DNA from: an uncultured Candidatus Binatia bacterium
Lineage (GTDB): Bacteria; Desulfobacterota; Binatia; UBA9968; CAXXLF01
Assembly (NCBI GenBank): GCA_965218425.1
Contig: OZ244621.1
Coordinates: forward strand, 2,496,001 to 2,560,000
Direction: 5' to 3'
DNA: 64,000 nt
Position 1 is the stretch's first letter. Each line of letters begins with the position of its first letter. Below, piece by piece: positions 31,093 to 40,695 of this stretch. The notes beneath the pieces are model-generated. The model was given only the letters and a program-made list of their open reading frames with translations, was not told the origin of the DNA and did no database searches. A program made the position numbers and the translations under genes.

Positions 31093-32316
31093 ATGGGAAA
31101 GAAAAGTCTCGTTGTCGGCTTGGATATCGGAACCTACAAGATCTGTGCCATCGTGGGAGAGCTTGGTGATGCCGGCATAGAAATTATCGGAGTGGGGACC
31201 CATCCCTCACACGGGCTGAGAAAAGGCGTGGTGATCGACATTGAGAGCACGGTGAACTCCATTAAGAGGGCAGTGGAGGAAGCGGAGATCATGGCGGGCT
31301 GTGAGATCAATAGCGTCTTTGCCGGCATTGCGGGAGGTCACATCAAAGGGTTCAACAGCCATGGAGTGGTGGCCGTAAAGAACAAAGAGGTTGCTAAAGG
31401 AGATATCGAGCGTGTCATTGATGCCGGCCGGGCAGTGGCCATACCCATGGATCGGGAAGTGCTCCATATCCTTCCCCAAGAGTACATTGTCGACGACCAG
31501 GATGGAATCAAAGAGCCCCTCGGAATGTCGGGGGTCCGATTGGAAGCAAGGGTCCACATCGTAACCGGTGCCGCCACCTCAGCTCAAAACATCATCAAAT
31601 GCTGTAATCGCACCGGCCTCAACGTCACTGAATTCGTTTTGGAACCACTGGCCTCTGCCGAGGCGGTTCTGACTCCAGAGGAGAAGGAACTGGGAGTGGC
31701 TTTGGTGGATATGGGGGGTGGAACCACGGATATTGTTCTCTTCCACGACGGCGCGGTCAAGCATACGGCCGTGCTGGGTGTGGGCGGGAATCATCTCACC
31801 AACGACATTGCCGCCGGGCTTCGCACCCCCATCGCTGAGGCGGAGCGGATCAAGCAGAAGTTCGGCTGTGCCAAGGTTGTCATGGCCGCGGGTGATGATG
31901 AAGTGGAAGTTCCTAGCATGGGCGGGCGTAATCCGCGCACCATCTCACGCCGAATTCTCTGTGAAATTATCGAACCTCGTTTAGAGGAGATCTTTCAGTT
32001 GCTCCGGCGTGAGATTCTCAAGTCGGGCCACGAGGATTCTTTGGCTTCGGGAATGGTAATGACCGGGGGGTCTACGTTGCTCCCGGGTATGGTGGAAATG
32101 GCAGAGGAGACCTGTAACATGCCAGTTCGCCTCGGTGTCCCCGCCCAAGTGGGCGGGCTTACCGACGTGATTTCAAGTCCCGTTTATTCCACAGGTGTTG
32201 GTTTGGTCCTCCTTGGCCTGAAGCGACAGGATCGAAAAATATTACGAATTGCCGAGAAAAATGTGATTTCAAAAGTAAGCAACCGAATGGTGGAATGGTT
32301 TAGCGAGTTCTTTTAA
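31093..32316 (+). CDS. ftsA: cell division protein FtsA
   Basis: [17 protein letters not shown], and C-terminal amphipathic WFSEFF. Confidence 0.97.
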   Translation: MGKKSLVVGLDIGTYKICAIVGELGDAGIEIIGVGTHPSHGLRKGVVIDIESTVNSIKRAVEEAEIMAGCEINSVFAGIAGGHIKGFNSHGVVAVKNKEVAKGDIERVIDAGRAVAIPMDREVLHILPQEYIVDDQDGIKEPLGMSGVRLEARVHIVTGAATSAQNIIKCCNRTGLNVTEFVLEPLASAEAVLTPEEKELGVALVDMGGGTTDIVLFHDGAVKHTAVLGVGGNHLTNDIAAGLRTPIAEAERIKQKFGCAKVVMAAGDDEVEVPSMGGRNPRTISRRILCEIIEPRLEEIFQLLRREILKSGHEDSLASGMVMTGGSTLLPGMVEMAEETCNMPVRLGVPAQVGGLTDVISSPVYSTGVGLVLLGLKRQDRKILRIAEKNVISKVSNRMVEWFSEFF

Positions 32317-32330
32317 GAAGGAGAAATGCT

Positions 32331-33530
32331 ATGTTTGAGATTGTGGAGCAAACCCAGCTGGGAGCACGGATTAAAGCGGTGGGTATTGGAGGAGGAGGAG
32401 GGAATGCCATCAATACTATGATTGGGGCGGATCTTCAAGGAGTTGACTTTATCGTAGCCAACACCGATGCGCAGGCCTTGGAGGCTAGTGGGGCTGAGGC
32501 CCGACTTCAACTGGGAGGAAAAATCACCAAGGGATTGGGTGCCGGTGCCAATCCTGAGATTGGTCGCCAGGCGGCCTTGGAGGACCGGGACCGCTTGCGC
32601 GAGTACTTAAGCGGGGCGGATATGATTTTCATCACTGCGGGAATGGGAGGCGGCACGGGCACGGGCGGGGCGCCCGTTATTGCTCATGTTGCGCGTGAAG
32701 CCGGTGCCCTCACCGTGGGGGTGGTTACGAAACCGTTCATCTTTGAAGGTAAGAAGAGAATGCGGCAGGCCGAAGAAGGGTTGCGGGAGCTCAAGGAGAA
32801 CGTGGACACACTGATCGTGATTCCCAATCAACGACTGTTGAGTATCGCGGAAAATGCCACCACTTTGCTGGAAACCTTCAAAATGGCGGATGGTGTTTTG
32901 CTTCAGGCCGTAAGAGGGGTCTCTGATCTGATTGTGACTCCTGGTCTCATCAATCTCGACTTTGCCGATGTGCGAACCGTGATGGTGGAAATGGGATTTG
33001 CGCTTATGGGCGCTGCCTCCGCTTCGGGTGAGAATCGGGCCGTGGAGGCGGCCCAGAAGGCGGTCTCTAGCCCCCTATTGGAGGACGTTTCAATCCACGG
33101 GGCGAAAGGGGTTTTGATCAATATCACGGGTGGGCCCGATCTGAGCCTCCACGAAGTGAACGAAGCGGCCTCCATGATTCAAAACGAGGCCCACGATGAT
33201 GCCAACATCATTTTCGGGGCTGTGATCGATGATCGGCTAACGGACGAGATTCGTATCACAGTCATCGCCACCGGATTTGGGGACAAGGAAAAGGGTAAGA
33301 AAACCGTAAAAAACGCCGCGGCTGAGAACGGCATGGCCAATAGGGATACGAAGAATCGGAAGGTGGTTCATTTGGGAACCATTGTAGACGACATTGATGC
33401 TCCCACCTGGCAGCGCCAGAAACAAGACACCATGGAGCAGGAGACGATACATTTGGAAAAGCCCCTTCCCGGGGAGGATCAGGAGGGTGAGTTTGATATC
33501 CCAACCTTCTTGAGGAAGCGGATGGATTAG
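32331..33530 (+). CDS. ftsZ: cell division protein FtsZ
   Basis: GGGGGNA, tubulin signature [16 protein letters not shown], and C-terminal DIPTFLRK. Confidence 0.98.
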   Translation: MFEIVEQTQLGARIKAVGIGGGGGNAINTMIGADLQGVDFIVANTDAQALEASGAEARLQLGGKITKGLGAGANPEIGRQAALEDRDRLREYLSGADMIFITAGMGGGTGTGGAPVIAHVAREAGALTVGVVTKPFIFEGKKRMRQAEEGLRELKENVDTLIVIPNQRLLSIAENATTLLETFKMADGVLLQAVRGVSDLIVTPGLINLDFADVRTVMVEMGFALMGAASASGENRAVEAAQKAVSSPLLEDVSIHGAKGVLINITGGPDLSLHEVNEAASMIQNEAHDDANIIFGAVIDDRLTDEIRITVIATGFGDKEKGKKTVKNAAAENGMANRDTKNRKVVHLGTIVDDIDAPTWQRQKQDTMEQETIHLEKPLPGEDQEGEFDIPTFLRKRMD

Positions 33531-33569
33531 AATGATGGGAGAGAAAATGCGGGGGCGACTGAAGCGCAA

Positions 33570-33971
33570 TCAATCATTGTGTGGGCCTCGTCCTTCTGCG
33601 ATCAGGTAGGCTATGGCGTAGTTAGCTGTATGAGTAATGGAGAGTGAAAAGTACTCGATTCCAAGTTCACGGGCATAGGATGACGTCTTGTCGTGAAGGG
33701 TGATTCCAGGTTTTCCGTTGGCGGCCGGAACCACCTCGATATCCGACCATCCTACCTTGCGACCCCATCCACGTCCCAGGGCCTTCATGAGCGCCTCCTT
33801 GGCAGCGAAGCGCCCCGCATAGCTTTCGTATTTTCGTTTGCGTGCCTCGCAATACTCAATCTCTCTATCAGTGAACACCCGTTGACGGATCCTTTGTCCA
33901 ATCCTCGGATTTTCTAAGGCACGTTGAATCCGCGTAACTTCGATGAGGTCAACGCCTACGCCCAATATCAT
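33570..33971 (-). CDS. acpS: holo-ACP synthase
   Basis: ILGVGVDL, AGRFAAKEA and SLSITHT. Confidence 0.95.
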   Translation of the reverse strand: MILGVGVDLIEVTRIQRALENPRIGQRIRQRVFTDREIEYCEARKRKYESYAGRFAAKEALMKALGRGWGRKVGWSDIEVVPAANGKPGITLHDKTSSYARELGIEYFSLSITHTANYAIAYLIAEGRGPHND

Positions 33972-33982
33972 GATTCTAAATC

Positions 33983-34243
33983 TTAGCTCCCAGGATTCTC
34001 CTGGTTACCGGAACTTCTTTGCGCCAAAACAAACAGGGGTCCCAAAGCCCATACCCCTAGCACAAGGCCGGCAAGGGTCCAAATGGTTCTGTTTCGTCCG
34101 CCTTTTGATGCAATGATGTAGCACAGGACCGCGTCCAGGACGTGAATCACGGAGGCCGTTCGGATCAAGGTCGCCGGGTCTATATTAGGCTGGATCAGGT
34201 AAATGCCGGAGAGATACCCCAAGGCGCTTGCCAACATCATCAT
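33983..34243 (-). CDS. small hypothetical membrane protein
   Basis: Hydrophobic segments and a KGGRNRTIWTLAGLVLGVWAL pattern; co-oriented with and 11 bp from acpS. Confidence 0.55.
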   Translation of the reverse strand: MMMLASALGYLSGIYLIQPNIDPATLIRTASVIHVLDAVLCYIIASKGGRNRTIWTLAGLVLGVWALGPLFVLAQRSSGNQENPGS

Positions 34244-34355
34244 TAATGATTCCTAATTCTAAACTTGCGCTGGTTCTCTCCCATGGCCGAGCTCTTGACG
34301 GTCCCTTCTTATCCCTAGTATATACTTAAGCGCGCTCGAAATGGGAACGCAAGGT

Positions 34356-35390
34356 ATGGCAGTAAAAACCATCGAATGGAAAAATGACCAGGTGATCCTT
34401 CTTGACCAGAGGGTCCTCCCCGGGAAGGAAGTCCATCGTATCTATCGGGACTACACGGATCTCGCCACCGCCATCCGCGAAATGGTTGTGCGTGGCGCAC
34501 CGGCCATTGGGGTCGCCGCCGCCATGGGCGTCGCCCTGGGAGCCTTGTGGATAAAGGACAAAAATTTTGATCGGGAAGTAGAGCGTATATTCGGGGTCTT
34601 TGCCAAAACGCGTCCCACAGCCATCAATCTTTTCTGGGCGTTGGACCGGATGCGGCGAGTCTATATCGAAAATAGGAGCAAAGGGATCGATGGAGTGAAG
34701 AAGCTTCTAAAGCAGGAGGCTCAAAAAATTTACGATGAAGATATTGCCGCCAATCGACATCTAGGTAAGTTGGGTGCTAGACTGCTGAGGAACGGCTCCC
34801 GCGTCTTGACCACTTGCAACGCCGGAGCACTGGCTACGGCCGGTTACGGAACGGCCCTGGGAGTCATTCGAGCCATGAAGGAGACAGGTAAGCGGGTGGA
34901 AGTATTTGTAAATGAAACACGGCCCCTTCTTCAAGGAACTCGACTCACGGCCTGGGAACTCAAGAAAGACAGGATACCCGTCACTTTGCTGACGGATAAT
35001 ATGATCGGACATCTGATGCAGCGGGCAAAGTTGGATGCGGTGATTGTGGGGGCTGACCGAGTGGCCGCCAATGGTGACGTGGCCAATAAAATTGGAACTT
35101 ATACAATCGCTGTATTGGCCCACAGACATAAGGTTCCCTTTTACGTTGCCGCTCCTACCTCCACAGTGGACTTAAAGTGTACTTCTGGATCGGTTATTCC
35201 GATAGAAGAGAGGGATGGAAAAGAAATTACCCATTTCTTGGGTCACCCGGTAGCTCCCCGGGGAGTGAATGTCTTGAGTCCTGCATTCGATATTACTGAG
35301 CAGGAATTGATTTCGGCGATCATAACTGAGAAGGGCGTGATTACCCCGCCCTATGCTCGGAATTTACGCGCTTATGTCCGAAATTCGTAA
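34356..35390 (+). CDS. mtnA: S-methyl-5-thioribose-1-phosphate isomerase
   Basis: LDQRVLP, MVVRGAPAIG, TRPTAINL, CNAGALAT, ETRP, GADRVAANGDVANKIGTY and PAFD. Confidence 0.94.
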   Translation: MAVKTIEWKNDQVILLDQRVLPGKEVHRIYRDYTDLATAIREMVVRGAPAIGVAAAMGVALGALWIKDKNFDREVERIFGVFAKTRPTAINLFWALDRMRRVYIENRSKGIDGVKKLLKQEAQKIYDEDIAANRHLGKLGARLLRNGSRVLTTCNAGALATAGYGTALGVIRAMKETGKRVEVFVNETRPLLQGTRLTAWELKKDRIPVTLLTDNMIGHLMQRAKLDAVIVGADRVAANGDVANKIGTYTIAVLAHRHKVPFYVAAPTSTVDLKCTSGSVIPIEERDGKEITHFLGHPVAPRGVNVLSPAFDITEQELISAIITEKGVITPPYARNLRAYVRNS

Positions 35391-36720
35391 AAAAGAAGAA
35401 CTGGAAGAACTCTTTCATACCTGGGGAAAGCCTCGCGATCAATGGCGAGTCGGCACCGAGTATGAAAAAATCGGCATCCATCGCAGTAGTGGGAGCGCGA
35501 TTCCGTATTCCGGCAGGCGCGGCGTGGAAGCGATCCTAAGGGCCTTGGTTGAACGTTACAATTGGGAGCCCAAGGAAGAAGACGGCCATGTGATTGCACT
35601 GAAAAGAGAGAAAGCGGAAATTCATCTCGAACCCGGAGGACAGATTGAGCTGAGTGGGGAGCCCTGCGAGAGCATCCATTGTAGCTTTGCGGAGTTTAAT
35701 CAGCACGCCCGGGAGCTACTGGAGGTGGCGGAGGAGCTGGACGTTACCTTTCTTGGCCTGGGCATTCAACCGGTGAGCCCTTTGGATGAGATCGAGTGGG
35801 TGCCAAAGCGGCGCTATCGAATTATGGGGCCCTACATGGGAAAGGTGGGGACCATGGGGCAGCGAATGATGAAACAAACCGCTACGGTTCAGGCCAACAT
35901 TGACTATAGCGATGAAAAGGACGCCATGGCCAAGTTCCGTACGGGGATGGGTATCGCTCCTCTGATCACTGCCATCTTCGCCAATTCCCCTATATCGGAG
36001 GGTGTTCTCAATGGCTACAAAAGCTTCCGGGGGCATATCTGGACGTTAACGGATCGCCACCGCTGTGGTCTCCTCCCATTTGCCTTCTTTCCCGAGGTGA
36101 CCTTCGGTCATTTTGTGGAATATGCCCTTGACGTGCCAATGTACTTTATCATGCGCGACGGTCACTACATTGATTTTACAGGTATCCCCTTCCGACACTA
36201 TCTCGCCCACGGTCACCAGGGTTACCGGGCATTGCAGGAAGATTGGGAGCTTCACCTGACCACACTGTTTCCCGAGGTCCGAATCAAACCCTACATGGAA
36301 ATCCGTTCAGCGGACAGCCAATCCCCAGAGTTGATGCCGGCCTTATCGGCTATGATCAAGGGGATCTTTTATGAATCGGATTGCCTGGATGCGGCCTGGG
36401 ACTTGGTCAAGCCCTGGAGCTGGGACGAAAGAATGAAGCTTTACCACGATTCTCATTCCCATGCCCTGGGGGCACGAATACGTCATTACTCCATGCTGGA
36501 TCTATCCAAAGAGTTGTTTTACATTGCCTGGGAAGGATTGAGGCGCCAACGGTCCCTGAATAGCAAGGGAGAGGATGAGACCATCTACCTGAAACCTCTG
36601 CAGGATCTCCTCGTGAACCTGGGAAAATGTCCCGCTGATCTCCTCGAAGAGCAGTGGGATAGTGAACAGAAACAAGGTCTTAGTAAGCTCATCGATTACA
36701 GTGCCTACAAACTTCCCTAG
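35374..36720 (+). CDS. gshA: glutamate--cysteine ligase (GCS2, plant/alphaproteobacterial type)
   Basis: VGTEYEK, LEPGGQIELSG, PKRRYRIM, VQANIDY, DVPMYF and HLTTLFPEVR...EIRSAD. Confidence 0.9.
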   Translation: MSEIRKKEELEELFHTWGKPRDQWRVGTEYEKIGIHRSSGSAIPYSGRRGVEAILRALVERYNWEPKEEDGHVIALKREKAEIHLEPGGQIELSGEPCESIHCSFAEFNQHARELLEVAEELDVTFLGLGIQPVSPLDEIEWVPKRRYRIMGPYMGKVGTMGQRMMKQTATVQANIDYSDEKDAMAKFRTGMGIAPLITAIFANSPISEGVLNGYKSFRGHIWTLTDRHRCGLLPFAFFPEVTFGHFVEYALDVPMYFIMRDGHYIDFTGIPFRHYLAHGHQGYRALQEDWELHLTTLFPEVRIKPYMEIRSADSQSPELMPALSAMIKGIFYESDCLDAAWDLVKPWSWDERMKLYHDSHSHALGARIRHYSMLDLSKELFYIAWEGLRRQRSLNSKGEDETIYLKPLQDLLVNLGKCPADLLEEQWDSEQKQGLSKLIDYSAYKLP

Positions 36721-36754
36721 CCGGATTGCCGCAAATTCCGATTTTCCTGCCAGC

Positions 36755-36783
36755 TAGACAATTTCAGGATCTTGAGGTAGATT
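36755..36783 (+). promoter_or_regulatory. putative sigma70 promoter of the dNK-panBCD operon
   Basis: TAGACA, 17-bp spacer, TAGATT, ending 9 bp before the ATG at 36793. Confidence 0.4.
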
Positions 36784-36792
36784 GATTAAGAG

Positions 36793-37434
36793 ATGAAGCG
36801 GCCCAGGTATATTGTTGTAGAGGGCCCCATTGGCGTTGGGAAAACGAGCTTGGCGAGGAGCCTGGCGGCTGAATTCCACGCTCGCTCGTTATTTGAAAAA
36901 GTAGAAGAAAACCCCTTTCTCGTTAAGTTTTACGAAGATCGGAAGAGCTTCGCCTTCCAGGCCCAGATTTTCTTTCTGCTCAGCCGCTACCAGCAACAGA
37001 GAGAGCTCATCCAGCAGGATCTATTTAATCGGAATGCCGTTTCCGATTACCTGTTCGCCAAGGATCGCATCTTCGCTGCACTCAACTTGAGTAGCGAAGA
37101 ACTGAGCCTGTACAAACAACTGTATCAGCTTTTGGGACCTCGGGTTCCAAAACCCGATTTGGTGGTATACCTGCAGGCTCGCCCCGATGTCCTTTACAAA
37201 AGAGTTAAAAAAAGGGATAAGAAGTTCGATAAAGAAATAGACCCAGAGTACCTGACCGAGGTGGCTCGCGCCTACAACGAGTTCTTCTTTCGCTACGATG
37301 AGGGCCCCCTATTGGCCATCAACACCTCGGATATTGATTTTATGGCAAGCAGTGAGGATCTGGCTGACTTGATTAAAGAAATCGATACCATGGGCTCCGG
37401 GACGCAGCATTATATACCGCTTGGATCCAGGTAG
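36793..37434 (+). CDS. deoxynucleoside kinase
   Basis: P-loop EGPIGVGKTS, ENPFL..FY, FLLSRYQQ and PDLVVYLQA; position upstream of panB is common. Confidence 0.92.
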   Translation: MKRPRYIVVEGPIGVGKTSLARSLAAEFHARSLFEKVEENPFLVKFYEDRKSFAFQAQIFFLLSRYQQQRELIQQDLFNRNAVSDYLFAKDRIFAALNLSSEELSLYKQLYQLLGPRVPKPDLVVYLQARPDVLYKRVKKRDKKFDKEIDPEYLTEVARAYNEFFFRYDEGPLLAINTSDIDFMASSEDLADLIKEIDTMGSGTQHYIPLGSR

Positions 37435-37490
37435 ACTGGACTGAGACGGACGGCGACAGTAGTGGTCTGCCAATACGATGGGTCTTAACC

Positions 37491-37545
37491 AGGCCTCTCG
37501 GCAGAGTTAGCCTTCCAGCTCTCTCCGGGAGGCCTTTTCATTTTT
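37491..37545 (+). terminator. hairpin plus U-tract in the panB leader (possible attenuator)
   Basis: AGGCCTCTCGG (37491-37501) pairs with CCGGGAGGCCT (37525-37535), with inner helix AGAGTT/AGCTCT, then TTTCATTTTT before the panB RBS. Confidence 0.5.
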
Positions 37546-37557
37546 GGAGGACCGTCG

Positions 37558-38361
37558 ATGGAAGGAAAGGTTACGGTGCCTGGAATCAGGAAGATGAAGG
37601 AGAGGGGTCAGAGGATCACGGCTCTCACAGCGTACGACTATTCCTTTGCGCGGATCCTTGACCAAGCAGGCATCGATGTTCTCCTGGTGGGGGATTCCCT
37701 GGGCTCGGTGATCCAGGGGAGAGACAATACCCTGCCCGTCACCATGGACGAGATGATCTACCATACCAAGGCGGTGGCGCGAGGGCGCCAACGGGCCTTG
37801 CTGGTGGCTGATATGCCTTTTCTCTCCTTCCAGGTGAGCGTACGGGAGGCCAAGCGTAATGCCGGGAGGTTTGTGCAGGAGGCGGGGGCCGAGGCGGTGA
37901 AATTAGAAGGAGGCACGCGCATTCTTTCAACGGTGGAGGCCCTGGTCCAGATGGGGATACCGGTCATGGGTCATGTGGGCCTCACTCCGCAATCCATTCA
38001 TGAGTTCGGCGGTTACCGGGTTCAGGGCAAAGAGAAGGGAGCAAGGGAGGCCATCATGCAGGATGCCCTGGGATTGGAGAAGGCCGGTGTCTTCGCCGTC
38101 GTACTGGAGGGGATACCAATGAATTTGGCCGGCGAGATAACCGAGCGCCTGTCGATACCCACCATCGGCATAGGGGCCGGAATCCATTGCGACGGACAGG
38201 TTCTAGTGGTGCATGACATGCTCGGGATATTCGATATGTACACGCCCAGGTTCGTCAAAAAATATGCTGACATGAAGACGGTGATGATGGAGGCGGTGGA
38301 GAAATACATTGAGGAAGTGAGAGGGCAGAAATTTCCGGAGGAACAGCACTCCTTTCATTGA
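37558..38361 (+). CDS. panB: 3-methyl-2-oxobutanoate hydroxymethyltransferase
   Basis: LTAYD, LVGDSLG, ADMPF, VKLEGG, GHVGLTPQS and GIGAG..CDGQVLV. Confidence 0.97.
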   Translation: MEGKVTVPGIRKMKERGQRITALTAYDYSFARILDQAGIDVLLVGDSLGSVIQGRDNTLPVTMDEMIYHTKAVARGRQRALLVADMPFLSFQVSVREAKRNAGRFVQEAGAEAVKLEGGTRILSTVEALVQMGIPVMGHVGLTPQSIHEFGGYRVQGKEKGAREAIMQDALGLEKAGVFAVVLEGIPMNLAGEITERLSIPTIGIGAGIHCDGQVLVVHDMLGIFDMYTPRFVKKYADMKTVMMEAVEKYIEEVRGQKFPEEQHSFH

Positions 38362-38372
38362 AAGCCACCACC

Positions 38373-39218
38373 ATGCGGAGCGTAGTAGGGATACGGGAAA
38401 TGAGGGAATGGAGCGAGGAGCAGAGGCTCCAAGAAAAGCGCATCACCCTGGTTCCGACCATGGGATTCCTCCATGAGGGGCACCTGGAATTGGTGCGCGA
38501 AGGCCGAAGGAAGGGAGACCTTCTCGTGGTTTCCATCTTTGTCAATCCGACCCAGTTCGGCCCTAAGGAGGACTTTAATACCTACCCTCGGGATTTTGAG
38601 CGGGATGGAAAACTTCTTGCGGGTGAACAGGTGGACGTCCTCTTTCACCCTTCCGAGTCGGAGATGTATCCCGAAGGATATCAGACCGGCGTAGAAGTGG
38701 ACCGACTAAGCCGGTATCTTTGCGGGGCCGAGCGCCCCGGTCACTTCCGAGGTGTTTGCACGGTCGTGGTCAAGCTCTTCAGCATCGTACATCCTCATGT
38801 GGCCGTGTTTGGATTGAAGGATTACCAACAGTTCCTCATCGTCCGACGCATGGTTGAGGACTTGAACCTTGATGTGGAAGTGGTGGGTATCCCAACCGTG
38901 CGTGAGAGGGACGGGCTGGCCATGAGCTCACGCAACCATTACCTCAGCGAGACGGAACGAGCCGCAGCGCTCTGTCTCCGGAGGGCCTTGGGACGGGCTG
39001 AGGACCTGGTCCGGCAGGGGGAAAGGAACGGTCAAGGGATTTTGAGGGAAGTGACGGCTGAAATTGCGAAGGAGCCGCTAGCCCGGATTGAGTATGTCCA
39101 GCTATGCGACCCGGAGAACCTCCAGGCCCTGGAGACCATCCAGGATACGGCGCTGTTGGCCCTGGCTGTTCGCATTGGGGCGGCCCGCCTCATCGACCAT
39201 AGCGTATTAAGAGCTTAG
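38373..39218 (+). CDS. panC: pantoate--beta-alanine ligase
   Basis: VPTMGFLHEGH, SIFVNPTQF, RPGHFRGV, KDYQQ and GLAMSSRN. Confidence 0.97.
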   Translation: MRSVVGIREMREWSEEQRLQEKRITLVPTMGFLHEGHLELVREGRRKGDLLVVSIFVNPTQFGPKEDFNTYPRDFERDGKLLAGEQVDVLFHPSESEMYPEGYQTGVEVDRLSRYLCGAERPGHFRGVCTVVVKLFSIVHPHVAVFGLKDYQQFLIVRRMVEDLNLDVEVVGIPTVRERDGLAMSSRNHYLSETERAAALCLRRALGRAEDLVRQGERNGQGILREVTAEIAKEPLARIEYVQLCDPENLQALETIQDTALLALAVRIGAARLIDHSVLRA

Positions 39219-39226
39219 TTCTTGTC

Positions 39227-39595
39227 ATGAACACATGTATGTTGAAAGGTAAGATTCACGGAGCCAGAGTCACCGACGCCCGCGTGGAGTATGAGGGGAG
39301 CCTGACGATTGATCCGAATCTCATGGAAGCGGCGCGTATCCTTCCTCACGAAAAGATCGCCGTGTGGAGTTTAACCACCGGCGAGCGCCTTGAGACCTAC
39401 GCCATACCGGGACAAGCCGGGCAGGGGGAAATCTGCGCCAATGGTGCGGCGGCTCTCAGAATCAAAAAAGGTGAGAAGATTATTATCGCCGTCTTTGCCT
39501 GGATGGACGCTGATGAGGCACGGAACCACCAACCTCGTATTGTTTTCGTGGATGAGCGTAATCGTATCTCGAGGAAAGTGGAGGGCGGCAAGTAA
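39227..39595 (+). CDS. panD: aspartate 1-decarboxylase
   Basis: KIH..RVT, YEG|SLTID self-cleavage site, ETYAI and NGAAA. Confidence 0.95.
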   Translation: MNTCMLKGKIHGARVTDARVEYEGSLTIDPNLMEAARILPHEKIAVWSLTTGERLETYAIPGQAGQGEICANGAAALRIKKGEKIIIAVFAWMDADEARNHQPRIVFVDERNRISRKVEGGK

Positions 39596-39610
39596 TCTGG
39601 AGGAAATCCG

Positions 39611-40075
39611 GTGGCACAAAAAGCAGACAGAGAGCATGTCGTGTGTGTCAACCGACGGGCGCGTTTTGACTACTTCGTTGAGGAGAGCTTCGAGGCCGGA
39701 TTGCAACTGGTCGGGAGCGAGGTGAAAGCGCTTAGAGAAGGGAAGGCGCAGCTTACGGACGGCTATGGCCGGATCGGGAGGGGAGAGGCCTTTCTCCATA
39801 ATGCGCATATCAGTCCCTATGGGGCTTCCAGTGGGTTTAATCATGAGCCGACCCGAGCCCGAAAGTTACTGCTCCACAAACGAGAAATTCTCCGGCTCAC
39901 CGGGAAGGTAAAGGAGCGAGGGTTGACCCTGGTTCCCCTCAGGATATACTTTAAGAATGGGCGGGCGAAGGTGGAGTTGGCGCTGGCGCGGGGGAAAAAG
40001 GCCTACGACAAGCGTGATTCCATTCGACGCAAGGAGATGCGGCGTGAGGTGGAGCGATCTTTGAAAAGAGGTTGA
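39611..40075 (+). CDS. smpB: SsrA-binding protein
   Basis: NRRARFDY, EAGLQLVGSEVK, RKLLLHKREI and GKKAYDKR. Confidence 0.97.
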   Translation: MAQKADREHVVCVNRRARFDYFVEESFEAGLQLVGSEVKALREGKAQLTDGYGRIGRGEAFLHNAHISPYGASSGFNHEPTRARKLLLHKREILRLTGKVKERGLTLVPLRIYFKNGRAKVELALARGKKAYDKRDSIRRKEMRREVERSLKRG

Positions 40076-40177
40076 TCGTCTATTGGATATTGGCCTGATC
40101 AATAGGAAAGACCTAAGAAGGATTGAGGGGGGACGAATTACAATTGACGAATAACGAATCACTGGTTTCTAAAGCTT

Positions 40178-40529
40178 GGGGGCGACTTGGTTTCGACGGG
40201 GGGAGGAAGTCAAAGCGGCATGCCGGGGTCCTGTTGGCCCGTTAAACAAACAGGCTGCAATTTAACTGCAGATGATTTTGAATACGCCCTAGCTGCCTAA
40301 TCGCAGTTAGCGTCTTACCAACTCTCTCCCGCGGGGTTGGATAAGACGTCATTTAGCGGGATGGACCGATTCTCCTGCCGGAGGGGATGAGGTTGAGACT
40401 TAAACCGGACGGCCCTGTGAGACCCTGCCACTGGGGGCTTGCCGGGTGACATTAAAACAGCGGCTAAGCATGTAGTCACTTTTGATGGGTTACCTTCGGA
40501 CGGGGGTTCGATTCCCCCCGCCTCCACCA
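40178..40529 (+). ncRNA. ssrA: tmRNA; tag reading frame 40268-40300 encodes ADDFEYALAA
   Basis: 5' GGGGGCG...TTCGAC pairs with 3' GGTTCGATTCCCCCCGCCTCCACCA; tag ends in YALAA*; immediately downstream of smpB. Confidence 0.96.
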
Positions 40530-40629
40530 TTTGCCTTTCCAGTACCATCCAAAAAAGTTCAATAATCCCTTGTAAATAATAAGGTTAATCCGATATAGTG
40601 TCCGGTATGGTCCCATGCCATCCAACTAC

Positions 40630-40695
40630 AGTTGCCCCCACAATGGGGGCAACTTTGGGGGCAACAAGGGAGCATGGAAATGGAGTTGCCCCCAC
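40630..40695. repeat. four copies of GTTGCCCCCA/TGGGGGCAAC, putative integrase arm-binding sites
   Basis: AGTTGCCCCCAC at 40630 and 40684; TGGGGGCAAC at 40644 and 40656; located between att and the int start. Confidence 0.65.

Noticed and set aside
40315..40548. 77-aa minus-strand ORF (MVEAGGIEPPS...)
   Set aside because: Antisense translation of the tmRNA T-arm and acceptor end
40630..40695. Short repeats as a CRISPR array or iterons
   Set aside because: Only 10-12 bp, in mixed orientation, with no unique spacers and no cas genes; position fits integrase arm sites. No CRISPR array was seen anywhere in the window
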